Positions 44,617-54,708 are shown, numbered from the stretch's first letter. The stretch: 64,000 nucleotides of DNA from Kocuria sp. (GCA_030524035.1 JAUNHG010000001.1:680819-744818); one strand, 5' to 3'. Numbers and translations are program-made. The notes: generated by a model not told the origin, from the sequence alone.

Positions 44617-45554
44617 ACATGTCACCTGCGATCCCATTATTTTTGGGGCTTCTTCTGGGTGGGGGCTTGTGGCTCATATTGGTCCCGACTCCCCGCAACG
44701 CCGGACGGAAATTGACCAGGCGTGTCATGGCTCACATGCGTGCCACAGATGCGACAGTGCGCCATGCTGAACAGGTGCGTGCCCGGCGTCATCATGGTGC
44801 GCTAGGGATCGCCGCTTATTTGATTTCTCCTTTGACCACGATCTGGGACCGGCGACACTCACGTGATACACGGCGTCAGCTGGTCATGCGGCTGGAAAAA
44901 GAAGGCGCTAACCGTTCCGTGGCCGACTATCAAGCCGAACAGATTATGACGGTGCTTGGTGGGGTGATCATCGGAATAGTGTGGGGCATCGCGGCAGTGC
45001 TGCGTTTTGACGCCCCGATGATCACCGCGGCATTGCTGACAGTTGGGGGTGCTATCACAGGTGCCTGGTGGCGTGGCTGGTGGTTAAACCAACGCATTAA
45101 AGCACGGGAGGCTCGTATGCTCGCGGAATTTCCGGCGGTTGCGGAATTGCTGGCGTTATCCGTGGGGGCTGGGGAATCCACTCTGGGAGCGTTGGAGCGA
45201 GTAAGCCGCGTGGCAGACGGCGTACTTGCAGAACAGTTCCGGGCAGTATTGGTGAGAACCACATCAGGTGTGGCGTTATCGCAAGCCCTCCAGGAGTTTT
45301 CGGATCGGGTCGGTGTTTCCCATATCTCTCGATTCGTGGACGGCATGGTGGTGGCCTTGGAACGTGGAACACCGCTGGCCGACGTCCTGCGGGCCCAAGC
45401 ACAAGATGTTCGTGATGAAGATAAACGCGAATTGATGGAAATCGCAGGCCGCAAGGAAATTGCCATGATGGTTCCCTTGGTGTTCCTAGTGCTCCCCTTA
45501 TCCGTCCTCTTTGCAGTCTTCCCTGGCATTGCCGTCTTGAATCTGGAGTTGTGA
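44613..45554 (+). CDS. tadC: Tad pilus inner-membrane platform protein TadC
   Basis: Second T2SSF-like membrane protein. ATGA overlap with tadB. Confidence 0.6.
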   Translation: MNMSPAIPLFLGLLLGGGLWLILVPTPRNAGRKLTRRVMAHMRATDATVRHAEQVRARRHHGALGIAAYLISPLTTIWDRRHSRDTRRQLVMRLEKEGANRSVADYQAEQIMTVLGGVIIGIVWGIAAVLRFDAPMITAALLTVGGAITGAWWRGWWLNQRIKAREARMLAEFPAVAELLALSVGAGESTLGALERVSRVADGVLAEQFRAVLVRTTSGVALSQALQEFSDRVGVSHISRFVDGMVVALERGTPLADVLRAQAQDVRDEDKRELMEIAGRKEIAMMVPLVFLVLPLSVLFAVFPGIAVLNLEL

Positions 45555-45670
45555 TGCCTTCTGTTGTTTTCTTCCCCACACCGGGGGAGGTGCCGGCGGT
45601 AAACCTTTTTACACACCATCTATCACACACGGTCACTGATGTTGACCTCAAACCTTAAGGAGCACACACC

Positions 45671-45895
45671 ATGAATGCTGACCATAACCTTCCGCTGGAT
45701 CCCAGCACTAATGCTGGATGGGAGCAGGCGATGCTGAGCAACAACTCTACGGACCACCCTGACCGCGGCGATGTTCCGGGGTGGGTGATGTTGACTCTCA
45801 TGAGCGCGGTGCTGGTTGCTGGGTTGTTATTGATTGCCCAACCAGCACTGGAGGGATTGTTTAACGACGCCATATCCCGGGTGTCGGGTCAGTGA
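45671..45895 (+). CDS. flp: Small membrane protein at the Flp-pilin position of the tad operon (DUF4244-like putative actinobacterial Flp pilin)
   Basis: 74 aa with a single hydrophobic helix VMLTLMSAVLVAGLLLIA. RBS AAGGAG. Sits between tadC and the tadE-like genes. Confidence 0.45.
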   Translation: MNADHNLPLDPSTNAGWEQAMLSNNSTDHPDRGDVPGWVMLTLMSAVLVAGLLLIAQPALEGLFNDAISRVSGQ

Positions 45896-46320
45896 GCGTC
45901 GAGCCCTCCATCCTTCAGGAATCTGTGGTGCCTTCCGCACACCTACAGGCTGACCAGGATAGGGGGTCGGTGGTTGCCGAATGGGCCATGGTGGCAGGTG
46001 TCACAGCTATGCTATTCGCTCTCACACTCCAGGTGATCTTTGCACTCCACGTGCGTAACGTGCTGATCGACGCCGCATCTCATGGTGCCCGTTACGGAAC
46101 ATTGGCTGATCGTGGCCCTGACGATGCGGTGCAGCGCAGCCGCGAACTGATTACCCATACCGTCGGAGCAAGGTACGCCGACGATATCAGTGCTCATCCG
46201 GTCACAGTTAACGGCGTGCCCACCTTGGAAATCACCGTGGTTGCTCCGTTACCACTGGTCGGACCGCTCGGCCCGCCGCGTGCTTTGGAGGTGACCGGGC
46301 ATGCCGTGGAGATTCCCTGA
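45892..46320 (+). CDS. tadE: TadE-like pseudopilin
   Basis: Processed-pilin-like N-terminus GSVVAEWAMVAGVTAMLFALTL (G-S-x-x-V-E-F/W motif followed by a TM helix). Confidence 0.55.
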   Translation: MSVEPSILQESVVPSAHLQADQDRGSVVAEWAMVAGVTAMLFALTLQVIFALHVRNVLIDAASHGARYGTLADRGPDDAVQRSRELITHTVGARYADDISAHPVTVNGVPTLEITVVAPLPLVGPLGPPRALEVTGHAVEIP

Positions 46321-46774
46321 TGTTCCGATACCAGCTAGTTGCAACCGCCCTGAAAACGCTGTTGGTGATGTGGACGAAGGGTCAGCCATGGTCGAATTTT
46401 CGGTGCTCTCCGTGATTCTCTTGGTGCCTATCGTGATCTTCGTAGCTGTTTTGGCGCAGGCACAAGCGGCATCTTTTGCGGCAGTTGCAGCAGCACAACA
46501 AGGTTCCCAGATGATCGCTTCCATGCCCGCAGATCAGGTCGATCTCGACACCGTGTATACGGCAGCACGCCTGCCCGCGATGGACCAAGGTCTCGCCGCC
46601 GAAGAAATCGAAATCCATGTCACGTGTTCGGATGGAAGCTGTCAACAACCGGGCGCCGCGGCCACCGTGACCGCCACAACCACAGTGCAATTACCACGCA
46701 TCCCGCTGCTGGGAACCTTTCGTGTGGCGCGCATGGAACACAGTTCAACGGTGGTGGTGGGGCGGTACGCATGA
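46301..46774 (+). CDS. tadF: Second TadE/TadF-like pseudopilin
   Basis: GSAMVEFSVLSVILLVPIVIFVAV motif. True start is probably internal, around 46366. Confidence 0.5.
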   Translation: MPWRFPDVPIPASCNRPENAVGDVDEGSAMVEFSVLSVILLVPIVIFVAVLAQAQAASFAAVAAAQQGSQMIASMPADQVDLDTVYTAARLPAMDQGLAAEEIEIHVTCSDGSCQQPGAAATVTATTTVQLPRIPLLGTFRVARMEHSSTVVVGRYA

Positions 46775-47238
46775 CAGAACAACCACACAACACCCCGGTA
46801 GACAACCAGGACGAGGGGCAGATTTCCATTCTGTTAATCGGCATGATGCTGGTGTGCTTACTGGCCCTGATAATCATCATGGCTGTCACATCCGTGCACC
46901 TGGCGGAACGTAAACTCCAAGCCCACGCGGATCACGCGGCGCTGGCCGCTGCAGACAGTTTCCGTGGCCTACAGGTTCCTGACGACGGAACCGGTCAGCC
47001 CGCCGCAGAACTCACCAACGCCAGTGTGACCGGCGCCGCAGAGTCGTACCTCACGGAAGTTAACGCTGAATTCGACGTAGATGAACTGCAGATAGGCGCT
47101 GAGACAGGCACCACAGACGGGCGCACCGCGCACGTTCACCTGGAGGCAGTGGCATACCCGCCGGTGGTGGCCTGGATTGTTCCAACGGGTGTGCCCATCA
47201 GCGCAACCGGGGACGCTCGCGCGCAATTTGAGCAATGA
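46771..47238 (+). CDS. TadG/TadE-family membrane protein (pilus assembly-associated)
   Basis: ATGA overlap with the previous gene. N-terminal TM helix ISILLIGMMLVCLLALIIIMAV. Confidence 0.4.
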   Translation: MTEQPHNTPVDNQDEGQISILLIGMMLVCLLALIIIMAVTSVHLAERKLQAHADHAALAAADSFRGLQVPDDGTGQPAAELTNASVTGAAESYLTEVNAEFDVDELQIGAETGTTDGRTAHVHLEAVAYPPVVAWIVPTGVPISATGDARAQFEQ

Positions 47239-47312
47239 GACCGCCCCTCATAGTGTGGGGGTGGCTATAGCCGCCCGTGAGCCGCAAACCCCGGATCTGT
47301 TAATGCAGACCG

Positions 47313-47777
47313 TTAGTTTTGAGGCGTTATTAGGTCGTCGCGGTAACCGACACGACGGGCCGGTATACCAGCCCAGATTTCGTTTTCGCCGGTGGAATTG
47401 AGCAGAACAGAGTTAGCCCCCACTATTGTTCCGTTAGCGATGCGGGTGATTCCTGCGCCGCCTAAGACTTTGCAACCGGGGAACAGCACGACGTCGTCGC
47501 CGATTTCGAGGTGCCCAAAGGGAGAGTCCTTGCGTTGAAGGTGCGCATCCTGCCGTCCGATGGTGACCTGGTGGTAGATCCGTACCCGGTTGCCGATGGT
47601 GACTTCTGGGTAGATCACTGTGCCAAACCCGTAATGCATGAGTTTGAGGTCTTCCCCAATACGAACTTCTGCGGGAATGGAGAGGTTGAGCGGTATCACG
47701 GCAAGCCGTGCTAGACGTAAGTGGCGCATGCCGACTAACCGTTCAGGCAGTCCCATTGGGTGTACCTTTCTGTCCAT
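47313..47777 (-). CDS. Hexapeptide-repeat acyltransferase (serine-O-acetyltransferase-like left-handed beta-helix)
   Basis: Repeating [LIV]-G-x-x-x-x hexads (IGNRVRIYHQVTIG, IGDDVVLFPGCKVLGGAGI). Confidence 0.55.
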   Translation of the reverse strand: MDRKVHPMGLPERLVGMRHLRLARLAVIPLNLSIPAEVRIGEDLKLMHYGFGTVIYPEVTIGNRVRIYHQVTIGRQDAHLQRKDSPFGHLEIGDDVVLFPGCKVLGGAGITRIANGTIVGANSVLLNSTGENEIWAGIPARRVGYRDDLITPQN

Positions 47778-47852
47778 TCGTGAGCTCTACCGTAACCGAT
47801 TCATTCCCGTGGCGTCGTGCCACGACGTGGTGATGAACTACGCTGTACGGTT

Positions 47853-48974
47853 ATGGCCTCCATCGACTTTTCCGCAGAAATCCGTGACCTGCGTGCCACC
47901 TATGACTCTATTGCGGAGGTTACGGACATTGATCGGCTGCGTGCCGATGTCGCCGAACTGAACGAGCAGGCTGCTGCACCAAATTTATGGGACGACCCTG
48001 AAGCTGCGCAGAAAGTCACCTCCAAGCTATCGCATCAACAGGCTGCGCTGAAGCGCCTTGATGATTTGGCCTCACGGATTGAGGACATTGAAGTGATGGT
48101 GCAGTTGGCGGAAGAGGAAGACGATTCCGACACGTTGGAGATGGCCACTGAGGAGTTGGAGGCCGTCAAAGAAGTTTTGGCGGAGTTGGAAATCACCACG
48201 TTGTTGTCCGGGGAGTATGACGAACGGGACGCCGTGGTGACGATCCGCTCCGGTGCTGGCGGGGTGGATGCTGCAGATTTTGCGGAGATCCTCATGCGCA
48301 TGTATTTGCGGTGGGCGGAGCGCCACGGATACGCCACGAAGGTGCTGGATACCTCGTACGCGGAGGAGGCTGGGCTGAAGTCCGCCACATTTGAAGTCAA
48401 AGCACCCTATGCTTTCGGCACGTTATCTGTGGAGGCGGGGACGCATCGTTTAGTGCGTATTTCTCCGTTCGACAACCAGGGGCGCCGTCAGACGTCTTTT
48501 GCGGCGGTGGAAGTGATTCCGTTGATTGAGTCTGATGACACCATCGATATTCCGGAATCTGACTTAAAAATTGATGTTTTCCGTTCTTCTGGGCCTGGCG
48601 GTCAGTCGGTGAACACGACGGACTCTGCGGTGCGGATGACGCATATTCCCACGGGAATTGTGGTGTCGATGCAGAACGAAAAATCACAGATTCAAAACCG
48701 GGCTGCTGCTTTGCGTGTGTTGCAGTCCCGTTTGTTGCTGTTGCGTAAGCAAGAAGAGGAAGCCAAGAAGAAGGAACTGGCTGGGGACGTCAAGGCGTCC
48801 TGGGGGGATCAGATGCGTTCCTACGTGCTGAATCCTTATCAGATGGTGAAGGACCTTCGAACAAACCACGAAGAAGGTAACCCGCAGTCCGTTTTTGATG
48901 GCGGTATTGATGCTTTTGTGGATGCCGGTATTCGGTGGCGTGCGGGGGCCTTGCAAGACACATCCGACAACTGA
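47853..48974 (+). CDS. prfB: Peptide chain release factor 2
   Basis: GGQ motif [30 protein letters not shown] tripeptide (RISPFDN). A single continuous frame with no programmed +1 frameshift. ATG at 47853 gives MASIDF... Confidence 0.85.
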   Translation: MASIDFSAEIRDLRATYDSIAEVTDIDRLRADVAELNEQAAAPNLWDDPEAAQKVTSKLSHQQAALKRLDDLASRIEDIEVMVQLAEEEDDSDTLEMATEELEAVKEVLAELEITTLLSGEYDERDAVVTIRSGAGGVDAADFAEILMRMYLRWAERHGYATKVLDTSYAEEAGLKSATFEVKAPYAFGTLSVEAGTHRLVRISPFDNQGRRQTSFAAVEVIPLIESDDTIDIPESDLKIDVFRSSGPGGQSVNTTDSAVRMTHIPTGIVVSMQNEKSQIQNRAAALRVLQSRLLLLRKQEEEAKKKELAGDVKASWGDQMRSYVLNPYQMVKDLRTNHEEGNPQSVFDGGIDAFVDAGIRWRAGALQDTSDN

Positions 48975-49010
48975 TTTCCCGTCTAGGGCGGGGGTAAGAA
49001 GGCCTGGAAA

Positions 49011-49496
49011 ATGGCAAAGAAAAATAATGACGACGGCCGTAAAGTTGTGGCCAATAACAAAAAAGCGCGGCATGATTATGAGATCCTAGATACCTTCGAG
49101 GCTGGGTTGGCTTTGATGGGTACTGAGGTGAAGTCCCTTCGCATGGGCAGGGCTTCCCTGGTGGATGGATACTGCGGGTTCGACCGTAAGGGGGAGTTGT
49201 GGTTAGAAAACGTGCACATACCGGAGTATCTTCAGGGGTCGTGGACTAACCATTCGGCTAAACGGCGCCGCAAGCTATTGCTGCACCGGGCTGAATTAAG
49301 CCGGATTGAACAGAAAACCCGGGAAGCTGGTTTCACTATTGTGCCGTTGAGTCTATATTTTCTGGACGGTAAAAGGGTGAAATGTGAAATTGCGGTGGCA
49401 CGCGGTAAACGTGAATACGATAAACGTCAGGCACTGAGGGAGGCCCAGGACAACAGGGAGGCCCAGCGCGCCATGCGTTACCGCAACATGCGGTGA
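49011..49496 (+). CDS. smpB: SsrA-binding protein SmpB
   Basis: [34 protein letters not shown] is the SmpB signature. Confidence 0.9.
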   Translation: MAKKNNDDGRKVVANNKKARHDYEILDTFEAGLALMGTEVKSLRMGRASLVDGYCGFDRKGELWLENVHIPEYLQGSWTNHSAKRRRKLLLHRAELSRIEQKTREAGFTIVPLSLYFLDGKRVKCEIAVARGKREYDKRQALREAQDNREAQRAMRYRNMR

Positions 49497-49584
49497 AGAA
49501 GGTGTGTTGTGCAGACCCCAAAGCGGGGCTAAACTAGGTCATCCGGCTTCCTGACGGGGTCGGAGTTGGTTGATAACCACATAT

Positions 49585-49953
49585 GGGGATGATCGGTTTC
49601 GACGGTGTGAGTCGATTCGAGAGAAGCGGGTCGAGAATGCGCAGTCATCTCGTAAACGTTCTGTGCAAACCAATAAGTGCCAATTCCAAGCGCACTGACT
49701 TCGCTCTCGCTGCCTGATACAGCGACAGCAGTCTGTCAAGCCCGGGTTCGCCTTCGCCCCGGTGTCTGGCATCAGCTAGAGGGCCACTGCTCCAGTAGTT
49801 CGTCGCGGACTTCTGGGGGACTTCCACGTGACTGAGCCTGTTGGTCACTGGTGTGCATGATGACCAGGGCTGAGAAAATCACACGCACACTGCACCCGGA
49901 GAAGTCTTGATGACGCTGCACCGGACGGGGGTTCAATTCCCCCCATCTCCACC
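49585..49953 (+). ncRNA. ssrA: tmRNA (ssrA)
   Basis: 5' GGGGATGATCGGTTTCGACGG...; 3' ...GGACGGGGGTTCAATTCCCCCCATCTCCACC (tRNA-like T-arm and acceptor). Internal tag ORF GCC AAT TCC AAG CGC ACT GAC TTC GCT CTC GCT GCC TGA = ANSKRTDFALAA* at 49679-49717. Directly downstream of smpB. Confidence 0.85.
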
Positions 49954-49957
49954 TGAA

Positions 49958-50004
49958 GGGGAAGTGTCGAACTCGCGCGAGAGGTTCAGCACTTCCCCGT
50001 TTTT
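49958..50004 (+). terminator. Rho-independent terminator after ssrA
   Basis: GGGGAAGTG...CACTTCCCC stem followed by GTTTTT. Confidence 0.75.
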
Positions 50005-50028
50005 CATGCTTCGAAGAAGTCGTTGGGT

Positions 50029-51252
50029 TTATTCAGGTTGGCCCGCACCTGCGGGTGGTAGGGAGGAGTTGTCATACTGGCGCAGGGTGTCGCACTGGAG
50101 CAGCATTAGATGAGAGGGGCTTGGTTCGGTTTGCCCATCCAGCATCTCTTCGTTGCTTGAGAAAATTGCGCATACGGTCTCCTCATGGTTCTTCGTCGAG
50201 CGCCAGATGAGACCGTCGGCCCCAACGGCATGGCGGAAGATCTCGGCGACGATCTGTGTGGGGATGTAGCCAAGTTGCTGGTGCTCATCACCTTTGTGTA
50301 GCGGTTGTGTCAGTCGCTGCGCGAACCATGACAACAGCAGTGCGTTCTCCCGCTTAGAGATCTGCTCTTCTTCGTCGAAGATCGACGGGACCTTGGGAAG
50401 GCTGGTCAGGTCAACGACTTTCAGATCACGGAGTTGCTCGAAGCGACCGACAGTGATCTTTTTCTCGTCCCCGTCTCTTAGGCCTTCATGTCCCAAGACT
50501 TCTGACATAGCGGTCTCTGGAGTTCTGGCGGCACTGAAGACCGCAACCCCTTTTGGGGACATGCGGTTGTCGCGAGCGAATTTGGCGGGTGGAGTACCTA
50601 GGACTTGGGCGTTATCACATGCTTCATCCGCCTTGTGGACTCTGGCGCGCCACCACAGAGAACCTTTCGGGAGACTTGTGATGAGCCCGTTCTGTCGAGC
50701 TTCCTTTACAAGCTTAAACGGTACCTTGGTAGGAGAGATGTCAGCATTGCACGGAGTATCACCGGGCAGCTCCTCCTCAGTTTGGTGAGAAAAGAACGTG
50801 TAGCGCCGATGCTGGCGAACCTCTGAACAGAAGCTCTCCCAGGCGGACTGCAGACAGGACAGCTTATCGTCGCCGCGCCAGTTTGATCGCATCCACTCCC
50901 CATGGTTGGAATCGACTATCTCACCTACTGTCCTCGTGATCTCGGGATCATCACAGATCTCGGTTCCCAAGTCATCGAGAACATCGGTTGTTGGTGTCGG
51001 GTCGACGAGCCAGCCTCCCTCCTGGCTGTTGTAAGGTACGCCCTCGGCGGGATCTTCGTAGAGGCGTCCGAGGCACCGTTCGATGTACGCGGCGAGGTCG
51101 CTCAGGGTAATGATCTTTTGACAGGGGGAATCCAGGTGGCCGTGGGCATCGCACTGAAAGTTGTCGTCTGGATCGAAGCCACTCTTGATCGCGAAGCGCT
51201 TCAACCCGGTCTCCAGCAAACAGCTGCTACAGACCGCGTTCGGGCTTCTCAT
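50029..51252 (-). CDS. RES-domain protein (putative NAD+-targeting toxin) with a large N-terminal extension
   Basis: C-terminal half matches the RES family: R in FARDNRMSPKGVAVFSAARTPETAMSEV (R..E), LKVVDLT, and S in DGLIWRSTKNHEETVCAIF. N-terminal ~200 aa carries a Cys/His cluster (CSSC...C..H.H). Start taken at ATG 51252; the ORF track uses an upstream TTG at 51258. Confidence 0.6.
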   Translation of the reverse strand: MRSPNAVCSSCLLETGLKRFAIKSGFDPDDNFQCDAHGHLDSPCQKIITLSDLAAYIERCLGRLYEDPAEGVPYNSQEGGWLVDPTPTTDVLDDLGTEICDDPEITRTVGEIVDSNHGEWMRSNWRGDDKLSCLQSAWESFCSEVRQHRRYTFFSHQTEEELPGDTPCNADISPTKVPFKLVKEARQNGLITSLPKGSLWWRARVHKADEACDNAQVLGTPPAKFARDNRMSPKGVAVFSAARTPETAMSEVLGHEGLRDGDEKKITVGRFEQLRDLKVVDLTSLPKVPSIFDEEEQISKRENALLLSWFAQRLTQPLHKGDEHQQLGYIPTQIVAEIFRHAVGADGLIWRSTKNHEETVCAIFSSNEEMLDGQTEPSPSHLMLLQCDTLRQYDNSSLPPAGAGQPE

Positions 51253-51622
51253 GTGCAAGCTACCTTTCGTTGATCCTTGGATAGGAGGCTATTTTACTGA
51301 AGTGCCGAGCTCACCATCCGGATCGTTTCGGCTCCTGCTGGGCAAATCTACGAGCGGGCTCGTCGCCGCTAGGTGGTCACGCGCCAGACTGCGAACTCAT
51401 CGGCGTCGTGCACGACGCCTCCCAAGTTTCGCTCCGCCATGCTCCACTGATTGCGACCATGACTTCGGTTGCTAGTTCTGCGGCAATGATGGTCTTCGTA
51501 ACGCGGGGATCACCAAGGCTCCGTGTGGTTGCCTTTGCAGGTGCCACGCATGGCCGCATGGGAGAGGGCGAAGTCACGATGTCATATCGAGCCGTGCGTG
51601 ATGTTGGTGAGAGAATGAATCA

Positions 51623-52000
51623 ATGATGTTAATCGCGCTGATTTTTATCAGTTTCTCAGTCGCACTGCATATTTTCATCTGGGTTCTTGAACAGTTTTTG
51701 TGGGACAAACCCCAAGGTATGAAGACTTTTAATATGGACCCTGAGTTTGCGCAAGCGACGAGAGAACTTGCTGCAAACCAAGGGCTCTACAATTTGATGC
51801 TTGCAATCACGATGCTCGTTGGTGTTATTGCCACAGCAATCGGTACTCCTTGGGGGGTTGCATTGTGTTTTGCAGGAGCAGGCTCAACTGTCATGGCTGG
51901 AATCTACTTGGCCCTGACGTCAAAGGACAAGGTAAAGCCAGCGATTATGCAGCTAACCCCGGGATTGATTGGTTGTATCGTTTTAGCGCTTGCTCTTTAA
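51623..52000 (+). CDS. DUF1304-like small membrane protein; strongly AT-rich relative to its surroundings
   Basis: 125 aa with 4 TM helices. By eye, codon composition is far more A/T-rich than the flanking genes. Confidence 0.55.
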   Translation: MMLIALIFISFSVALHIFIWVLEQFLWDKPQGMKTFNMDPEFAQATRELAANQGLYNLMLAITMLVGVIATAIGTPWGVALCFAGAGSTVMAGIYLALTSKDKVKPAIMQLTPGLIGCIVLALAL

Positions 52001-52163
52001 CAGGGACGGAAAATCCGCGATCATTGATTTGTTCACTATTGCGTGGGTGTGCTGATGCTGCCCTCTAATCTATGGGATCATGAGAGGACGGCGGTGCACC
52101 TGGTGCGCTACCGCAAGTCAAAGATGCTGCTGAGAATCATCCAGGTTCGGGAGGTCCAAACAC

Positions 52164-52739
52164 GTGAGCTATGAGCGTCCCCAAAACACCAACGCTCCCC
52201 ACACCCCATCCGATGGCGAGGAACCTCCCCGCTACGGGGTCCGGTTACCGGAAGGGCAAGATACCCAGGGTGGGGCTAGCTCTGGCCAACAGCAAACGCC
52301 CGCGTATCAAGCAGTGCCCGGTTACAACGACGCCAACCAGAACCCATACGACCAGCCCTACGTAGCGCCACCAGTCACCCCGGGGCGCGGGCTGGCAATC
52401 GCCAGTGTGGTGCTCGGGGTGATCAGCGTCCTGCTGTTCTTCCTAGGTCTCACGTTTTTGCTGGCCGTTCTGGGGCTGGTCTTTGCCATTATTGCCCTGG
52501 TCAAAGCCCGTAAAGTTCCAGGTTCCCGTAAAGGCATGAGTATCACCGGGTTGGTGCTGAACATCATCGGACTGATACTCGGTGGAATCGCTCTGATTTT
52601 CTGGGTCTTCGTGGGCGGAGCAGCACTACAAATACTTCAAGACCCCGCCGGCCAAGAATGCATAACGCAGTACACAGAAGACCAAAACATGGAGAAATAC
52701 CGACAGTGCATTGAACAAGTGGCCATCGACTCCTTTTAG
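52164..52739 (+). CDS. DUF4190-like membrane protein (Pro/Gln-rich N-terminus plus two TM helices)
   Basis: Architecture typical of actinobacterial DUF4190 proteins. Confidence 0.5.
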   Translation: MSYERPQNTNAPHTPSDGEEPPRYGVRLPEGQDTQGGASSGQQQTPAYQAVPGYNDANQNPYDQPYVAPPVTPGRGLAIASVVLGVISVLLFFLGLTFLLAVLGLVFAIIALVKARKVPGSRKGMSITGLVLNIIGLILGGIALIFWVFVGGAALQILQDPAGQECITQYTEDQNMEKYRQCIEQVAIDSF

Positions 52740-52762
52740 GTCAGTCGATCACCCGCTCTGCC

Positions 52763-53554
52763 CTAGTCGCCGATCAGCTCCAGCACCTGTTCATGCAACA
52801 GCCCGTTAGTGGCCGCCGCGTTGCCCCCAAATGGGCCGGGGGAGCCGTCTAACGCCGTGAACCGGCCCCCGGCCTCTTCCACAATCGGTACCAGCGCGGC
52901 CATATCGTGCAGCCCCAACTCTGGTTCAGCGGCAATATCCACAGCCCCTTCTGCCACCAGGCAGTACGACCAAAAATCACCGTAAGCCCGCGTGCGCCAC
53001 ACCTGATCGGTTAGCTCCATAAATGCATCCCGGCGGTTCAGTTCCTTCCACCCGGACAACGACGAATACGACAACGAAGCATCCTCCAGCCGATCCACCT
53101 GGGACACCCGGATCTGCTCAGCTTTCGCCAAAGATCTCCCGGTCCAAGCACCAGAACCACTAGCTGCCCACCACCGGCGCGACAAAGCCGGGGCGGACAC
53201 CAGCCCCACCACCGGCTGCCCATCATCAATCAACGCAATCAACGTGGCCCACACTGGAACCGCCCGCACAAAGTTCTTGGTGCCATCAATAGGGTCAATC
53301 ACCCACTGCCGTGCTCCGCTGCCAGTGGTCCCAAATTCTTCGCCCACAATGCTGTCCCGATGACGCGCACGCGACAACTGCGTGCGGATGATTTGCTCCG
53401 CCTCGCGGTCGGCATCAGTCACCGGGGTCAAATCCGGTTTAGTTTCCACCAACAAATCCTGCGCCTTAAAGCGGCGCATCGTCAGAGCATCCACCGTATC
53501 CGCCAACACATGAGCCAGGCGAAGGTCGTCGGTATAAGTGCTGGGAGATCGCAT
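52763..53554 (-). CDS. hisN: Inositol-monophosphatase-family phosphatase (histidinol-phosphatase HisN-like)
   Basis: IMPase motifs ([20 protein letters not shown], metal-binding EE). Same position relative to rsgA/aroA as in mycobacteria. Confidence 0.65.
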   Translation of the reverse strand: MRSPSTYTDDLRLAHVLADTVDALTMRRFKAQDLLVETKPDLTPVTDADREAEQIIRTQLSRARHRDSIVGEEFGTTGSGARQWVIDPIDGTKNFVRAVPVWATLIALIDDGQPVVGLVSAPALSRRWWAASGSGAWTGRSLAKAEQIRVSQVDRLEDASLSYSSLSGWKELNRRDAFMELTDQVWRTRAYGDFWSYCLVAEGAVDIAAEPELGLHDMAALVPIVEEAGGRFTALDGSPGPFGGNAAATNGLLHEQVLELIGD

Positions 53555-53577
53555 GAGCTACAGGCTAACCGATCTGA

Positions 53578-54708
53578 TTAACCACCCAGCTGCTTTTCAG
53601 TCTGCTGCCAGCTGCGATCTGTGCTCAACAACCGGCGCAACGACCGCAAACGCGCGAAACCAGCCGGACCCGCACGCCCACCAGCCACCCAAGTGTCCAA
53701 GGCACACCCGGGGGCAGCATCATGATGTGTACACCCTTTGGGGCAATCAGCGATCGCTGGCCCCAACTCATCAAAAGACTCCACAATGCGGTCCGCATCC
53801 ACATGGGCCAACCCGAAAGAACGCACCCCCGGAGTGTCAATAATCCACGTACCAGGACCAGCATCCGGCACCCGCAGAGCCAATGCCGACGACGACGTAT
53901 GCCGCCCCCGGCCCGTCACTGCATTCACCCCACCCGTGGCCCGGTCCGCGCCAGTGAGCGCATTCACCAGCGTGGACTTTCCCACCCCGGAATGCCCAAG
54001 CATGGTGGAAACCTTGCCAGCCACATGATGCCGAAGGCCCTGAATCACGCTGGCTTCCAGCGGCAAAGAATCTGCCGGTGAACCCGCAGCACTATCAACT
54101 CCGCGGTGGGTTGCGGAAGGAGTGCCTGGGCGGGCAGCTGAGGTGAGGATCGTTAAGTCCAATTCCCGGTAATGCTCAACCAACCACGTGGGATCCTCTA
54201 AATCAGTTTTGGTGATACACAACAGCGGCTCAATGCCAGCGTCATAAGCCGCCACTAAAGAACGGTCAATGAACCCGGTTCGGGGTTGCGGGTCAGCGGC
54301 CGCCACCACAATCACCAACTGATCCGTGTTCGCCACCACCACCCGTTCCACCGGGTCAGTGTCATCCGCACTACGCCGCAGCACCGTAGTGCGGTCATGC
54401 AGCACCACCAAACGCGCCAAAGTATCCACGGCCCCGGAAGTATTCCCCACCAGCCCCACGTGGTCACCGGCAACAATCGGTCTCCGCCGCAGGGCTTTGG
54501 CTCTGACCGCCGTCACAAGGCGTTCATCAGCGGTATCTTCTGCCACCACAACCGTGTAACGACCACGGTCCACGGTCACCACACGGCCCGACAGCGCATC
54601 CGTGTAATCCGGGCGTTCTTTAGTTCGAGGCCGGGAGCCTTTTTTATTTGCCCGCACCCGAACATCCGTTTCGTCCCAGTCATACCCCACCGCACCACGG
54701 CGGCTCAT
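53578..54708 (-). CDS. rsgA: Ribosome small-subunit-dependent GTPase A (RsgA/YjeQ)
   Basis: Circularly permuted GTPase: G4 (TKTD), G1 GHSGVGKSTLVNAL, C-terminal zinc-finger Cys/His (CPKGCTHHDAAPGCA). Start at the internal Met MSRRG... so that the minus-strand ATGA overlaps the aroA stop. Confidence 0.8.
   Translation of the reverse strand: MSRRGAVGYDWDETDVRVRANKKGSRPRTKERPDYTDALSGRVVTVDRGRYTVVVAEDTADERLVTAVRAKALRRRPIVAGDHVGLVGNTSGAVDTLARLVVLHDRTTVLRRSADDTDPVERVVVANTDQLVIVVAAADPQPRTGFIDRSLVAAYDAGIEPLLCITKTDLEDPTWLVEHYRELDLTILTSAARPGTPSATHRGVDSAAGSPADSLPLEASVIQGLRHHVAGKVSTMLGHSGVGKSTLVNALTGADRATGGVNAVTGRGRHTSSSALALRVPDAGPGTWIIDTPGVRSFGLAHVDADRIVESFDELGPAIADCPKGCTHHDAAPGCALDTWVAGGRAGPAGFARLRSLRRLLSTDRSWQQTEKQLGG

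Noticed and set aside
47638-47961. Overlapping +-strand ORF upstream of and into prfB; possible RF2 programmed frameshift
   Set aside because: prfB here is one uninterrupted frame from MASIDF... to the end. There is no in-frame early UGA or CUU UGA C shift site, as is usual for actinobacteria. The overlapping ORF is in another frame and featureless.
51377-51626. Small ORFs (66 aa minus strand, 72 aa plus strand) between the RES gene and the DUF1304 gene as candidate antitoxins
   Set aside because: They are GC-rich and Ala/Ser/Thr-rich with a weak start (GTG) or no RBS, and have no HTH or other recognisable antitoxin fold. They are left as unresolved rather than annotated.
49954-52760. Search for a direct repeat of the tmRNA 3' end (attR) or an integrase marking a classical ssrA-integrated island
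   Set aside because: Only a 6-nt chance match (GGACGG) was found near 52010, and no integrase or recombinase gene is present. The region is therefore reported as a variable locus rather than a defined genomic island.
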